64,000 bases of DNA from an uncultured Planctomycetales bacterium (GCA_964487475.1 CAZAPM010000011.1:3167-67166); one strand, 5' to 3'. Counted from the stretch's first letter, positions 8,567 to 18,394 are shown. Program-made: numbers and translations. Notes: generated from the sequence alone by a model not told the origin.

Positions 8567-10090
8567 TTGGCTGGTACGGTGGTGCTGATCTATGTGCAGG
8601 GGTTCGACGGATACGGCCGGGAAGGCGTCCGGGTTCCCGAGGAGTGCAACCTTCCCCTGGGCGTCCTTTCCCTGGGCACCTACCTTCGCCGGCACGGGAT
8701 CGGCGTGCGGCTGATGGACACGCGTTTCTATACGTCCGATGAGTTTTACGCCGAGCTCTTGACGATGCTTGATTCCTGTATGGCGGTGGGGCTTTCCGTG
8801 ATGACCCCGAACGTGGGGATCAGTCTGGAGATCTCCGGGTTCGTCAAGAAACATGCTCCCGGGGTAAAGACTGTCTGGGGAGGAGTGCATCCCAGCCTGT
8901 ATCCCGATTCGACCATCGCGTCCCCTCTGGTCGATCTTGTGATCGAAGGGGAGGGGGAGCTTGGGTTGCGGGAACTCTGCGGGGTCTTGTCTTCAGGGAG
9001 CGAAGAGTACGGACGGGTCCCGGGATTGAGGTATAAGCGGCGCAGCGAAAATGGCGGCACCGAGTACTGCCGGGGGATGGCGTGCGCGGCCGTCGATCTG
9101 GCGGAACTGGGGCCGCTGCAGTATGACCTTTTGCCGATCCGCCGGTACGTGCCGCGCGTCCGCAGCGCCGATAATGCTCCGGTGGCGCAGCTGGAGGTCC
9201 TGACTTCCCGCGGTTGCCCGCAGGCCTGTTCTTTTTGCGTGAATGTGGTGCTCAATAAGCGGCGCTGGCGGGCAGAGCCGCTGGAGGTGTCAGCGCAGAA
9301 CATCCGGCAGGTGGTTGAGGAATACGGGGCGAAGCACCTTTTTTTCATGGACGAGGACCTTTTTTGCAATCTTCCCCGCGCCCGCGAACTGGTGGAGATC
9401 GTGGCCGCCTACCGGGTGACGTGGGAAGCGAACTGCCGTGCGGATTTCATCCGGGAAGGATACGTCGACCGGGCCCTGTTGCGCAGGCTCAAGGAGACCG
9501 GATGCGTTAGACTGCGTTTCGGCCTGGAAAGCGGCAGCCCGAGGATCCTGGAGCTTTTGCGCAAAGGTATCACGGTGGCGCAGTCCGAGCATGCGGTGCG
9601 GGAACTCTCCCGCGCCGGGATCGTTCCCTCCGGGTCCTTCATGATGGGGCTTCCTTCCGAAACGGTGCGGGACGTCTCCTCGACCGTGCGCCTGATCACC
9701 CGGCTGCTGGATATCGCTCCTCAGGCGCAGATCATCGGGCCGCTGGTGTTCCGGCCGTATCCCGGAGGAGAGCTTTTCGATCTTTGTACCAGGGCGGGAA
9801 TGCGCGTCCCGGAAAAGCTTGACGAGTGGAGCGAGTTCTTCATGCATACCCATCTGGAGGAGTACCGCCGCGGCGTGCCCTGGTTTGCGCATACGTATCT
9901 GTTCAAAGCGGTGCAGGTGTGCATGGCTTTCCTTTCCGAGTACCGCCGTATCCCGATGCGGATCAAGACCTCGATCGTCAGGTTCCAGGCGTGGACGGGT
10001 TTTAAGTTCGTGTCCGCGCTCTATGCGCCGGTGCACGCGTTGAAAATGCTGTTGCACAGGTATCGCCTAAGGCAGGTGCGGCATGGGTAA
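8567..10090 (+). CDS. B12-binding domain radical SAM enzyme (class B radical SAM family), embedded in the glycan locus.
   Basis: N-terminal cobalamin-binding-like domain (VVLIYVQGF...GVHPSLYPD...VIEGEGE) followed by the radical SAM cysteine triad in TSRGCPQACSFC (CX3CX2C). Confidence 0.75.
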   Translation: MAGTVVLIYVQGFDGYGREGVRVPEECNLPLGVLSLGTYLRRHGIGVRLMDTRFYTSDEFYAELLTMLDSCMAVGLSVMTPNVGISLEISGFVKKHAPGVKTVWGGVHPSLYPDSTIASPLVDLVIEGEGELGLRELCGVLSSGSEEYGRVPGLRYKRRSENGGTEYCRGMACAAVDLAELGPLQYDLLPIRRYVPRVRSADNAPVAQLEVLTSRGCPQACSFCVNVVLNKRRWRAEPLEVSAQNIRQVVEEYGAKHLFFMDEDLFCNLPRARELVEIVAAYRVTWEANCRADFIREGYVDRALLRRLKETGCVRLRFGLESGSPRILELLRKGITVAQSEHAVRELSRAGIVPSGSFMMGLPSETVRDVSSTVRLITRLLDIAPQAQIIGPLVFRPYPGGELFDLCTRAGMRVPEKLDEWSEFFMHTHLEEYRRGVPWFAHTYLFKAVQVCMAFLSEYRRIPMRIKTSIVRFQAWTGFKFVSALYAPVHALKMLLHRYRLRQVRHG

Positions 10091-11282
10091 GCCGGCGATC
10101 TGCCTGGTCATCTACGCCAGCCCCGAAGGGTATCCGCCGGTGCATAGCCTGTTGCGGGTGCTGGAGAAGGATTTCCAGGTGGTGTTGGTCTGCCGCAACA
10201 TCGAAGAGAAGCTCATTGACTGCGGAGAGGCGAAGGTCTACCGTGTCGGGGTGCCGCAGCGGCTGGAAGCGAAGTTCAGGCGCCGGTACCTGCGCAAGGC
10301 CCTGGAGTATTTCCGTTTCGTGGCAGAGGCGATCCGGCAGACGCGCCGCCACCGTTGCTGCGCGGTGTACGGGTTCGACCCGCACGGTTTTTTTGCGGCG
10401 TTTCTGGCCAGCCGCCTGGGAGGCAGGAGGCTGCCCCTGGTGTACCATAATTTCGACATCAACCTGTTGTATGAGTTCTCTTTTTTTACCCGGTACCTTA
10501 AATATTTCGAACTGGGATTTGCGCGGCGGGCGGATAAAGTGGTGTTCTCCTCCCGGAGGAGAGCGGAAGTGTTCGAAGATTCCTCGCCTTTGAAAGAAAG
10601 GCCCCTGGTGGTGATGAACGCTCCTTTGACCGTGGACGAGGTGCCCGTGCCGCGGCTGCGCGAGCAGCTGCGCGCGGAGCATATCCCCGAGGACGCCCGC
10701 TTCGTCATCTATCAGGGGGTCATCGATGACCTGCACAGCATCGATACCATCCTGATCTCGATGGAGTGGTGGCCGCGGAATGTCTGCCTGCTCCTTTTCG
10801 GGAGCGTGTACGGGCCGTTCCGGGAAAGGATGGAGGATCTGATCCGGCGCAAACAGCTTGTCGGCCGGGTGTTCGTGATGCCGTTCATCCCCTTCGACCA
10901 GTTCTTCCCCTTTGCCATCGCCGGAGCCGACTTAGGGATGGGGTTGTTCAAGCCCATCGATCCTAATCTGGCGACGATGGCGGGGGCGTCGAATAAGGTG
11001 CTGCAGTACCTGGCGCTGGGCATCCCCCCGGTGGTCAATGACAGCGAGGATTTCCGCTCCCTTTTTTCCGAGGAGGAAGTGTACTTCGCCCAGCCGTACA
11101 GCCCGTACGATATCGCCCGCGCGGTCAACGAGGGGTTGGGCCGTGAACCGCAGCGCGCCGAAAAGGCGCGCCGCTGCCGGCAGGACCATCTGGAGAGGAT
11201 GAATTTCGAAACCCAGTTCGCCCCCGTGCTCGCGTATCTGCGCGGAGTGTCGACTGCCCTGGCGGGGCACAAGGAGGCCTGA
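10083..11282 (+). CDS. Putative GT-B fold glycosyltransferase (divergent GT1/GT4-like).
   Basis: Two-Rossmann-domain layout. The C-terminal half (FVIYQGVIDD...AGADLGMGLF...VLQYLALGIPPVV) resembles a GT-B donor-binding domain. No canonical EX7E motif. Confidence 0.45.
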   Translation: MGKPAICLVIYASPEGYPPVHSLLRVLEKDFQVVLVCRNIEEKLIDCGEAKVYRVGVPQRLEAKFRRRYLRKALEYFRFVAEAIRQTRRHRCCAVYGFDPHGFFAAFLASRLGGRRLPLVYHNFDINLLYEFSFFTRYLKYFELGFARRADKVVFSSRRRAEVFEDSSPLKERPLVVMNAPLTVDEVPVPRLREQLRAEHIPEDARFVIYQGVIDDLHSIDTILISMEWWPRNVCLLLFGSVYGPFRERMEDLIRRKQLVGRVFVMPFIPFDQFFPFAIAGADLGMGLFKPIDPNLATMAGASNKVLQYLALGIPPVVNDSEDFRSLFSEEEVYFAQPYSPYDIARAVNEGLGREPQRAEKARRCRQDHLERMNFETQFAPVLAYLRGVSTALAGHKEA

Positions 11283-12691
11283 TGCAGAGGACAAAACAGC
11301 TACTTACCTTCCTGGTCATCGTACTGGTGGGATGGTTCACGATCTCCGGCATGGGGACGATCAAGGCCTCCGCGGAGGAGATGTCCGTAGCGAGCATGAT
11401 CTATCTCGTGTGCTGCATCCCGGCCCTGCTGTATTTTCTGCGTTCCGAAGCCACCATCCCCTACATGCCCCTTTTCGGGTTCATTTATTTCTTCTATTTC
11501 GGATTTTCCGTGTTCAATAATTACAATCTTTTCGTCATCAACGGGTTGACCAAGGAATCGATCGTAAAGACCTTGCAGATGAGCCTCGCGGGGATCTCTT
11601 CGTTGCTGGTGGCGTTCTATTCGCCCCTGGGAAGCATCGTCGATACCCTGGCCATGCCGGTCAACCTGCCCTGGGACCCGAAGAAAGCGCTCAAGTTCGC
11701 CTTCTTTTCCGCGGTCATCGGGTTCCCCATGCTGTATCTTACGAACTCGGGCAAGATGCTTAACTTTTACGGAGCCATGGTCGGTTTCCTGGTCCAGTTC
11801 TCCCGTTTGAGCATCATCATCCTGGTGATCCTGGGGATCCAGGGACGGCTGAAGCAGTGGCATAGATGGCTGCTTTGGGCCGGGCTGGTGCCTCTGCAGA
11901 TATTCCTTTCGATCTCCAGCGGCGCCACCTTCACCCTGATGGTCGATATCTGCCTTGTCTTCTTCCTGTTCATCTATTTCACCAAATCCCTGCATCTGTT
12001 CAAGGCGGTGTGTGCGGCGACCATGTTCTTCCTGATCTTTTCGGTGCGGGATGATTTCCGCCAGCAGACCTGGTACGGGGAGGCCAGCAGAAAGACCCCC
12101 ATCGGCAGGGCGCAGCTTTATTTCAAGCTCATCTATGAGAAGGTCACCTCCCAGGAAAAGGATTCGCAGTATTTTTCTTCCGCCTACGAGCGGCTTTCCG
12201 GCCGTTCGGACAGTCTGATGACCTTCGTCAAGGTGGTGGACATGACCCCGGCGGTCATCCCGTACTGGAACGGGTACACCTATTCCACCTTCTTGTACAG
12301 TTTCATCCCGAGGATCATCCTGCCCAACAAGCCGATCAAGAACCTGGGCCAGGATTTCGGGCACCGTTACAACCTGCTTTTGTACGAAGATACCGTCACT
12401 TCCTACAATTTTCCGGTGGTCATCGAGATGTACGCGAACTTCGGGTTTTATGGCATTGTCGTGGGGATGTTCCTGATCGGGTTGTTCCTCCGCTGGTTCT
12501 ACCGGACCTTCAACCACGAGAATGCGGGGGAGTGCGGCATAGTGCTTACGGTCATCGTGCTCGGCAACATCCTGGTGCTGGAGTCGGACTTCGGTCTGAT
12601 CTTCGGCCCGGTGTTATATTACATCATTTTGTTCCTGCTGATACTTAAAAAGATACAGTACAGCGAAAAGATCGGCGCGGGAGGCAAGTAA
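11282..12691 (+). CDS. Polytopic membrane protein, O-antigen polymerase/ligase-like (Wzy/WaaL-type).
   Basis: 469 aa with about 10-12 hydrophobic segments and a larger loop region (residues ~250-330). Located inside the glycan locus. Confidence 0.45.
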   Translation: MQRTKQLLTFLVIVLVGWFTISGMGTIKASAEEMSVASMIYLVCCIPALLYFLRSEATIPYMPLFGFIYFFYFGFSVFNNYNLFVINGLTKESIVKTLQMSLAGISSLLVAFYSPLGSIVDTLAMPVNLPWDPKKALKFAFFSAVIGFPMLYLTNSGKMLNFYGAMVGFLVQFSRLSIIILVILGIQGRLKQWHRWLLWAGLVPLQIFLSISSGATFTLMVDICLVFFLFIYFTKSLHLFKAVCAATMFFLIFSVRDDFRQQTWYGEASRKTPIGRAQLYFKLIYEKVTSQEKDSQYFSSAYERLSGRSDSLMTFVKVVDMTPAVIPYWNGYTYSTFLYSFIPRIILPNKPIKNLGQDFGHRYNLLLYEDTVTSYNFPVVIEMYANFGFYGIVVGMFLIGLFLRWFYRTFNHENAGECGIVLTVIVLGNILVLESDFGLIFGPVLYYIILFLLILKKIQYSEKIGAGGK

Positions 12692-12697
12692 GCGGAT

Positions 12698-14530
12698 ATG
12701 TGCGGGATCGCGGGGATAGCCGGGCCGCGCTCCGGACTTGGGGAGCCGGTAGAGGCAATGGTGCGGCAGATGCGGGCGAGGGGGCCGGATGCGCAGGATC
12801 TCTGGTCGGCGCCCGGGGTTTGCCTTGGCCACAGCCGGTTGAAGATCATCGATATCAGCGATGCCGGGAACCAGCCGATGCGCAATGAGGACGGCAGCGT
12901 GCATCTGGTCTTCAACGGCGAGATCTACAATTTCCGGGAATTGCGCGCGGAACTTGCCGGCGCCGGCCATGTGTTCGCCAGCGCGTCGGATACCGAGGTC
13001 ATCCTGCACGGATATGAGCAGTGGGGGCCGGGGGTGGCGCAGCGGTTAAGGGGCATGTTCGCGTACGCCTTATGGGACAGCCGGCTTTCCCGCCTGGTGC
13101 TGGCGCGCGACCGGCTGGGCATCAAACCGTTGTATTACTGCTGCAAGGACGGAGCGTTGCTCTTCGCCTCCCAGGTGCGGGCACTGTTGGCCAGCGGCCT
13201 CGTATCGCGGGAGCTCTGCGTTGAGGCGGTGCAGTCCTATCTGGGATGGGGAGGCGTGTGCGACCCCGATACGCTGCTTCGGGAGGTGAAGTCGCTTTTG
13301 CCCGGGCATACCGCGGTGTTCGGGGAACACGGGTTGCGCACGGAAGCATACTGGCATCTGCCGACAGGGGAACACGCCCCGCGTATCTCCCGTGGTGAGG
13401 CTGCAGAGCGGGTGCGGCCGATGCTTTTGGATGCGGTCGGGTCCCATCTGGTCAGCGACGTCCCTCTGGGCGTGTTCTTAAGCGGAGGCATGGATTCCGC
13501 CGCGCTCGTGGCATGCGCCCGCGCGCGCAGCAGCCGAGTGGTGACGGTGACGCTCGGTTTCGACGATCCCCGGCTCGACGAAAGGCAGTATGCCCGTACC
13601 ATCAGCCAAAGGTACGGCACGGAGCACCGGGAGCAGGTGATCTCCTGGGAACAGGCGGCGCGTATGCTTCCCGCGGCGTGCGATGCCATGGATCAGCCGA
13701 CCTTTGACGGGGTCAATACCTATTTCGTTTCCAAAGCGGCGAAGGATGCCGGTTTGACCGTGGCTCTTTCCGGGTTGGGAGGGGACGAGCTTTTTTGCGG
13801 ATATGAGGGGTTTTCGCGTATCCGTTCCCTGCGCCGGCTGCTGGCAGGATGGCACAGACTTCCGGAGGGGATGCGCCGCAGCCTGCTTCCGCTCTGCCTT
13901 CTGGCGGTGCAGCCGTATCAGCGGGATAAAGTGCGCGCGCTTTTATCCCGGCCGCCGGATTTTACCGGGACGTACGAATGGATGCGCCAGCTTTTCACTT
14001 TCGCGCAGCGCGAGATGCTGCTCGGGCAGCCTGCGGAGGTGACTCCGGAGGTGCGAGGGGAAGACCCCGGGGATATGTTGAACGCGTACTCCGTGCTGGA
14101 GCTTGCCGGCTACCTGCGCAATATCCTGCTGCGGGATACCGATGCTTTGAGCATGGCGCATTCCCTGGAAGTGCGGGTGCCGTTCCTCGACCATGTGCTG
14201 GTCGAGGGAATGCTGGGAGTGCCCGGCGAGGTGAAAGTGTCTGCCGGGGTGCGCAAGCCGCTGTTGGCGGAGAGCCTTCCCGACCCGCTGCCGCAGGAGG
14301 TGCGCGCCAAGGCGAAGACCGGGTTCCTGCTGCCTTTCGACGCCTGGATGCGGGGGCCGTGCCGCGCCGAGATCGAGCAGGAGCTTTCCGCGGGCGGATA
14401 CCCCTGCGCGGATATCATGGACGGTAACGCGGTGCGGCACATATGGCGGGGGTTTCTCTCCGGGAAGATCTCCTGGCAGCGGCCATGGTCGTTGTACGTG
14501 CTGAAACGATGGATGAGGAATAATCTGTGA
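12698..14530 (+). CDS. asnB: Asparagine synthase (glutamine-hydrolysing), AsnB-type amidotransferase.
   Basis: N-terminal MCGIAG nucleophile, the SGGMDS PP-loop motif and a length of 610 aa. Confidence 0.85.
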   Translation: MCGIAGIAGPRSGLGEPVEAMVRQMRARGPDAQDLWSAPGVCLGHSRLKIIDISDAGNQPMRNEDGSVHLVFNGEIYNFRELRAELAGAGHVFASASDTEVILHGYEQWGPGVAQRLRGMFAYALWDSRLSRLVLARDRLGIKPLYYCCKDGALLFASQVRALLASGLVSRELCVEAVQSYLGWGGVCDPDTLLREVKSLLPGHTAVFGEHGLRTEAYWHLPTGEHAPRISRGEAAERVRPMLLDAVGSHLVSDVPLGVFLSGGMDSAALVACARARSSRVVTVTLGFDDPRLDERQYARTISQRYGTEHREQVISWEQAARMLPAACDAMDQPTFDGVNTYFVSKAAKDAGLTVALSGLGGDELFCGYEGFSRIRSLRRLLAGWHRLPEGMRRSLLPLCLLAVQPYQRDKVRALLSRPPDFTGTYEWMRQLFTFAQREMLLGQPAEVTPEVRGEDPGDMLNAYSVLELAGYLRNILLRDTDALSMAHSLEVRVPFLDHVLVEGMLGVPGEVKVSAGVRKPLLAESLPDPLPQEVRAKAKTGFLLPFDAWMRGPCRAEIEQELSAGGYPCADIMDGNAVRHIWRGFLSGKISWQRPWSLYVLKRWMRNNL

Positions 14531-15756
14531 AAGTACTGCATGTGATCCCGGGATTGTCTCCCGCGTTCGGGGGGCCCACCAACGCGCTTTTGCGGCTGGC
14601 GTGCCTGCAGGCCGAGGCGGGGATCGACGCGCAGATCATGACCACCGACGCGGATATCTCCGGAAGGCTCTCCGTGCCTTTGGACCGGGAGGTCCTCCGG
14701 GACGGGGTGCGTATCCGTTATTTTCCCGTGCAGGGGCCGCTGCGTTACAAGTACTCGTATCCTTTATGGAGGGCTCTTAAGGCCGGGGTAAGGGGATTCG
14801 ACGCGGTACATATACATGCGCTTTTCCAGTTCTCGACGTTCGCCGCAGGGTACTGGTGCCGGAAGTATCGTGTGCCGTATCTGGTGCGGCCCCTGGGGCA
14901 GCTGGACCCGTATTCTTTAGCCCAGCATGCCTTTGTGAAGAGATGCTATCTGGCGTTGACGGAAAAGCGCTGCCTGGAGCGGGCCTGGGGGGTGCATTTT
15001 ACGACGGAGGAGGAGCAGTCGCTGGCCGGGAGATTGGGCTTGCACATTCGGGGGGTTGTGGTAGGATTGGGTTTTGATCCCCGGGAGTGCGCGCGTTCCC
15101 CGGAACCCGGCCTGTTGTGCGAGAGGTTCCCGCAGCTCAGGGGGAAAAAAGTGGTCCTTTTCCTGGGCCGGCTGCACTATAAGAAGGGGCTGGAGGTGCT
15201 GGTGCGCGCTTTTGCCGGGGTATGCCGGCGCCGCGCCGACGCCGTGCTTCTGATCGCCGGGCCGGATAACGAAGGGTACTCCTCCCGGGTCAAGGCCTGG
15301 TTGAAGGAGGAAGGGGCGGAGGATCGCGCGGTGTTCTCCGGGATGTTGGAAGGAGACCTTAAGCGCGCCGCGTTCTGTCAGAGCGACGTGTTCGCGCTTC
15401 CTTCATACAGCGAGAATTTCGGCGTGGCGGTGGCCGAGGCGATGGCGTACGGCCTGCCGGTGATCGTTTCGGATAAGGTCAATCTGGCTTCCCGTATCGC
15501 GCAGCGCGCCGCCGGAGTAGTGGTGCCTGCGGGGGATGCGCCGCGTTTAGGCGAGGCGCTCGAGCGGGTGCTGGCGGATCCCGATTACCGCCGGGAACTT
15601 TCCTCCCGCGGCAAGGAGATGGCCTGGGAAGAGTTCGATCTGCGCGCTTCGGTACGGGCGCTGCAGGAGGTGTATGCGCGCATGCGTGCGAGCGGAGCGA
15701 GTGCAACGAGCGCAGCGAGCGTAGCGAGCGTAGTGAGCGAAGCGGAGAATAAATGA
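14527..15756 (+). CDS. Glycosyltransferase family 4 with a low-complexity Ser/Ala C-terminal tail.
   Basis: MKVLHVIPGLSPAFGGPTNAL N-terminus and the motif ENFGVAVAEAMAYGLPVIVSD. The tail SGASATSAASVASVVSE is encoded by an imperfect 9-bp repeat. Confidence 0.8.
   Translation: MKVLHVIPGLSPAFGGPTNALLRLACLQAEAGIDAQIMTTDADISGRLSVPLDREVLRDGVRIRYFPVQGPLRYKYSYPLWRALKAGVRGFDAVHIHALFQFSTFAAGYWCRKYRVPYLVRPLGQLDPYSLAQHAFVKRCYLALTEKRCLERAWGVHFTTEEEQSLAGRLGLHIRGVVVGLGFDPRECARSPEPGLLCERFPQLRGKKVVLFLGRLHYKKGLEVLVRAFAGVCRRRADAVLLIAGPDNEGYSSRVKAWLKEEGAEDRAVFSGMLEGDLKRAAFCQSDVFALPSYSENFGVAVAEAMAYGLPVIVSDKVNLASRIAQRAAGVVVPAGDAPRLGEALERVLADPDYRRELSSRGKEMAWEEFDLRASVRALQEVYARMRASGASATSAASVASVVSEAENK
15691..15747 (+). 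repeat. Imperfect ~9-bp tandem repeat (CGAGCGNAG-like) at the 3' end of the GT4 gene.
   Basis: agcggagcgagtgcaacgagcgcagcgagcgtagcgagcgtagtgagcgaagcggag contains 5 to 6 degenerate units encoding an S/A/V low-complexity tail. Confidence 0.6.
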
Positions 15757-16628
15757 GCACAACCATTCCGGTAAGCGCGATCGTCGTCACCCGTAACGAA
15801 GAGGCGAACATCGCCCGTTGCCTGGGGGGCCTTTCCGGTTTCGTGGACGAGATATTCGTCGTGGATTCCGAAAGCGAGGACCGCACCCGGGAGATCGCTT
15901 CGGGTTTTCCCGTGCAGGTGCATACGCTGCCCTACGACCATTCCAAGATCATCCCCTGGATCTATCAGTGGGCGCTCGATACCCTGCCGCTGCGCAACGA
16001 GTGGGTGATGATCCTGGAGGCGGACCAGCTTTGTTCCGACGAGCTTAAGGACGAGCTGCGGCGCCTGTTCCTCCGCGGGTCCGTCGAGCAGGACGGGTTC
16101 TTCTTCCGGCGCAAGCAGGTGTTCCGGGGCAAATGGATACGTTTCGGCGGATACGGCTCGAAGTACCTGCTCAAGCTTTTCCGCAAGGGCAAGGGATCCT
16201 TCGACGTCCAGGAGGAGGAGCCGCGGGTGTACGTGCAGGGAAAGACCGCGTCCCTTAAGGGATGGCTGGTCGAAGACAACGCCAAGGAGCACGAGATACT
16301 GTTCTATCTTCAGAAGCATCTGCGCTATGCGCAGGCTATCGCCAAGGAGGAGCTGCTGCGGCGCAGCGAAGGGTTCCGTTACAAGTACCGCCCGTCATTT
16401 TTCGGGAGCCCCGATCACCGTACGTTATGGCTCAAGCAGATGTATTACCGGCTGCCACTGTACGTGCGGCCCTGGCTGTATTTTTTCCACCGTTATTTCC
16501 TGCTCCTGGGATTCCTTGACGGGAAAGAAGGGTTCATCTTCCATTTTCTGCAGGCGTTCTGGTACCGCCTGGTCGTCGATATACGCATCGAGGAAATGAT
16601 GCGTCAGCAGAAAGCGCGGAAACCATGA
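15753..16628 (+). CDS. Glycosyltransferase family 2.
   Basis: VSAIVVTRNEEANIARCL...VVDSESED...ILEADQ is a GT2 DXD architecture. Confidence 0.75.
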   Translation: MSTTIPVSAIVVTRNEEANIARCLGGLSGFVDEIFVVDSESEDRTREIASGFPVQVHTLPYDHSKIIPWIYQWALDTLPLRNEWVMILEADQLCSDELKDELRRLFLRGSVEQDGFFFRRKQVFRGKWIRFGGYGSKYLLKLFRKGKGSFDVQEEEPRVYVQGKTASLKGWLVEDNAKEHEILFYLQKHLRYAQAIAKEELLRRSEGFRYKYRPSFFGSPDHRTLWLKQMYYRLPLYVRPWLYFFHRYFLLLGFLDGKEGFIFHFLQAFWYRLVVDIRIEEMMRQQKARKP

Positions 16629-18394
16629 GGCCGGCGGTGATCCTGGGGCTTAACGCGTACCATCCGGATGCGTCCGCGGCCATTGTGGTCGACGGCAGGC
16701 TGGTGGCGGCGGCGGAGGAGGAGCGTTTCCTGAGGGTGAAGCATTGGGCGGGGTTCCCCCGGGAGTCCATCGCCTACTGCCTGCGCGAGGCCGGGCTCGG
16801 CCTGGAGGATGTCGGCGTCGTGGCCCTGAACCGTAATCCGAAAGCCAACCTTTGCCGCAAGGCGGGGTATGTGCTTTGCCGGCGCCCGCCGGTCGGGATG
16901 CTGGCGAGCAGGTTCCAGAACATGTGCAAGATCGGCGGAGTCCGCCAGGAGCTGGCGCAGGCGTTCCCGCGGCAGAAACTTTCTTCAAAGGTGCGGGTGG
17001 TGCACGTCGAGCATCACCGGGCGCATCTGGCCAGCGCGTTCCTGGTCTCGCCCTTTGCGCGCGCGGCGGTGGTTTCCATCGACGGATTCGGGGATTTCAC
17101 CAGCTGCATGGTGGCCCGCGGCCGGGACAGCCGCCTTTCCGTGCTCTCTCAGGTGTGCTTTCCCCATTCCCTGGGGCTTTTTTACACCGCGCTGACGCAG
17201 TACCTGGGGTTCAGGAAATTCGGGGACGAATATAAAGTGATGGGCCTGGCGGCGTACGGCACTGCGCGTTATGCGGATAAGATGGAGCAGCTGGTGCGGC
17301 TGCTCCCCCGGGGGAAATTCGCCCTGGCGCTGAAGTATTTTTCTTTCCACCGTAAAAGCCAGGCCATGCTTTGGAACAACGCCGAGCCGGTGCTGGAGGA
17401 CCTGTATGCCCCGGCGCTGGAGAAACTGCTGGGCCCGGCGCGCGCCGGCGACGAGGGGGAGGTGAGCCAGTATCACTGCGACCTGGCCGCATCGGCGCAG
17501 GCAATGTACGAAAAGGCTTTTTTCCACGTATTGGCGCACGCGCAGCGGATCACCGGGGAGGAGGCGCTTTGCCTGGCCGGAGGCTGCGCCTTGAACAGCG
17601 TGGCCAACGGCAAGATATTCGGGCGCACCTCCTTCCGGGAGGTGTATATCCAGCCGGGTTCCTCCGACGCGGGAGGAGCGCTGGGAGCGGCGTTCTATGT
17701 CTGGAACCATCAATGCCGCAAGCCGCGGTCATTTTCCATGACCCACGCGTATTGGGGGCCGCACTTCGACCGGGCCGCGCTGCAGGGGCTGCTGGAGGAG
17801 TCGGAATCCCTGCTGGAGGGGTCCACGCTCGAGGTGTGCGCGCAGGAGGATGAGCTTTGCCGCAAGGCCGCGGAGCGCATCGCCGCCGGAGATGTGGTCG
17901 GATGGTTCCAGGGCCGGATGGAGTGGGGGGCGCGCGCGCTGGGCAACCGCAGCATTCTGGCAGACCCGCGCCGGGCGCAGATGAAGGACGTCATCAATGC
18001 CCGCATCAAGCGCCGCGAATCCTTCCGGCCTTTTGCGCCGTCGATCCTGGAAGAGCGCGTGGGAGAGTATTTCGAGATCGCCTATCCCGATCCGTTCATG
18101 GTCAAGGTCTACCCGGTGCGTCCGGAAAAAAGGGGTATCATTCCCGCAGTGACGCACGTGGACGGCTCCGGCAGGCTGCAGACGGTATCCCGGGAACAGA
18201 ATCCCCGGTACTGGAAACTGATCAAGGCCTTTGAATCGATCACGGGGGTCCCGGTGCTGTTGAACACCTCGTTCAACGAGAACGAGCCGGTAGTATGCAC
18301 TCCGCAGGAGGCGCTCGCGTGCTTCCTGCGAACGAATATGGATGTACTCATTCTTGGAGATACGATCATCAGCAGGCAAGGGAGGAAGGCATGA
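16625..18394 (+). CDS. Carbamoyltransferase (NodU/CmcH family).
   Basis: 589 aa. N-terminal ILGLNAYHPDASAAIVVDG...EEERFLRVKHWAGFP and HVEHHRAHLASAF are typical of NodU/CmcH O-carbamoyltransferases. Confidence 0.8.
   Translation: MRPAVILGLNAYHPDASAAIVVDGRLVAAAEEERFLRVKHWAGFPRESIAYCLREAGLGLEDVGVVALNRNPKANLCRKAGYVLCRRPPVGMLASRFQNMCKIGGVRQELAQAFPRQKLSSKVRVVHVEHHRAHLASAFLVSPFARAAVVSIDGFGDFTSCMVARGRDSRLSVLSQVCFPHSLGLFYTALTQYLGFRKFGDEYKVMGLAAYGTARYADKMEQLVRLLPRGKFALALKYFSFHRKSQAMLWNNAEPVLEDLYAPALEKLLGPARAGDEGEVSQYHCDLAASAQAMYEKAFFHVLAHAQRITGEEALCLAGGCALNSVANGKIFGRTSFREVYIQPGSSDAGGALGAAFYVWNHQCRKPRSFSMTHAYWGPHFDRAALQGLLEESESLLEGSTLEVCAQEDELCRKAAERIAAGDVVGWFQGRMEWGARALGNRSILADPRRAQMKDVINARIKRRESFRPFAPSILEERVGEYFEIAYPDPFMVKVYPVRPEKRGIIPAVTHVDGSGRLQTVSREQNPRYWKLIKAFESITGVPVLLNTSFNENEPVVCTPQEALACFLRTNMDVLILGDTIISRQGRKA

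Noticed and set aside
18295-18390. N-terminal extension of the epimerase ORF (ORF-track start 18295).
   Set aside because: The extension lies inside the carbamoyltransferase gene. The Rossmann GxxGxxG begins right after ATG 18391, which overlaps the upstream stop (ATGA).
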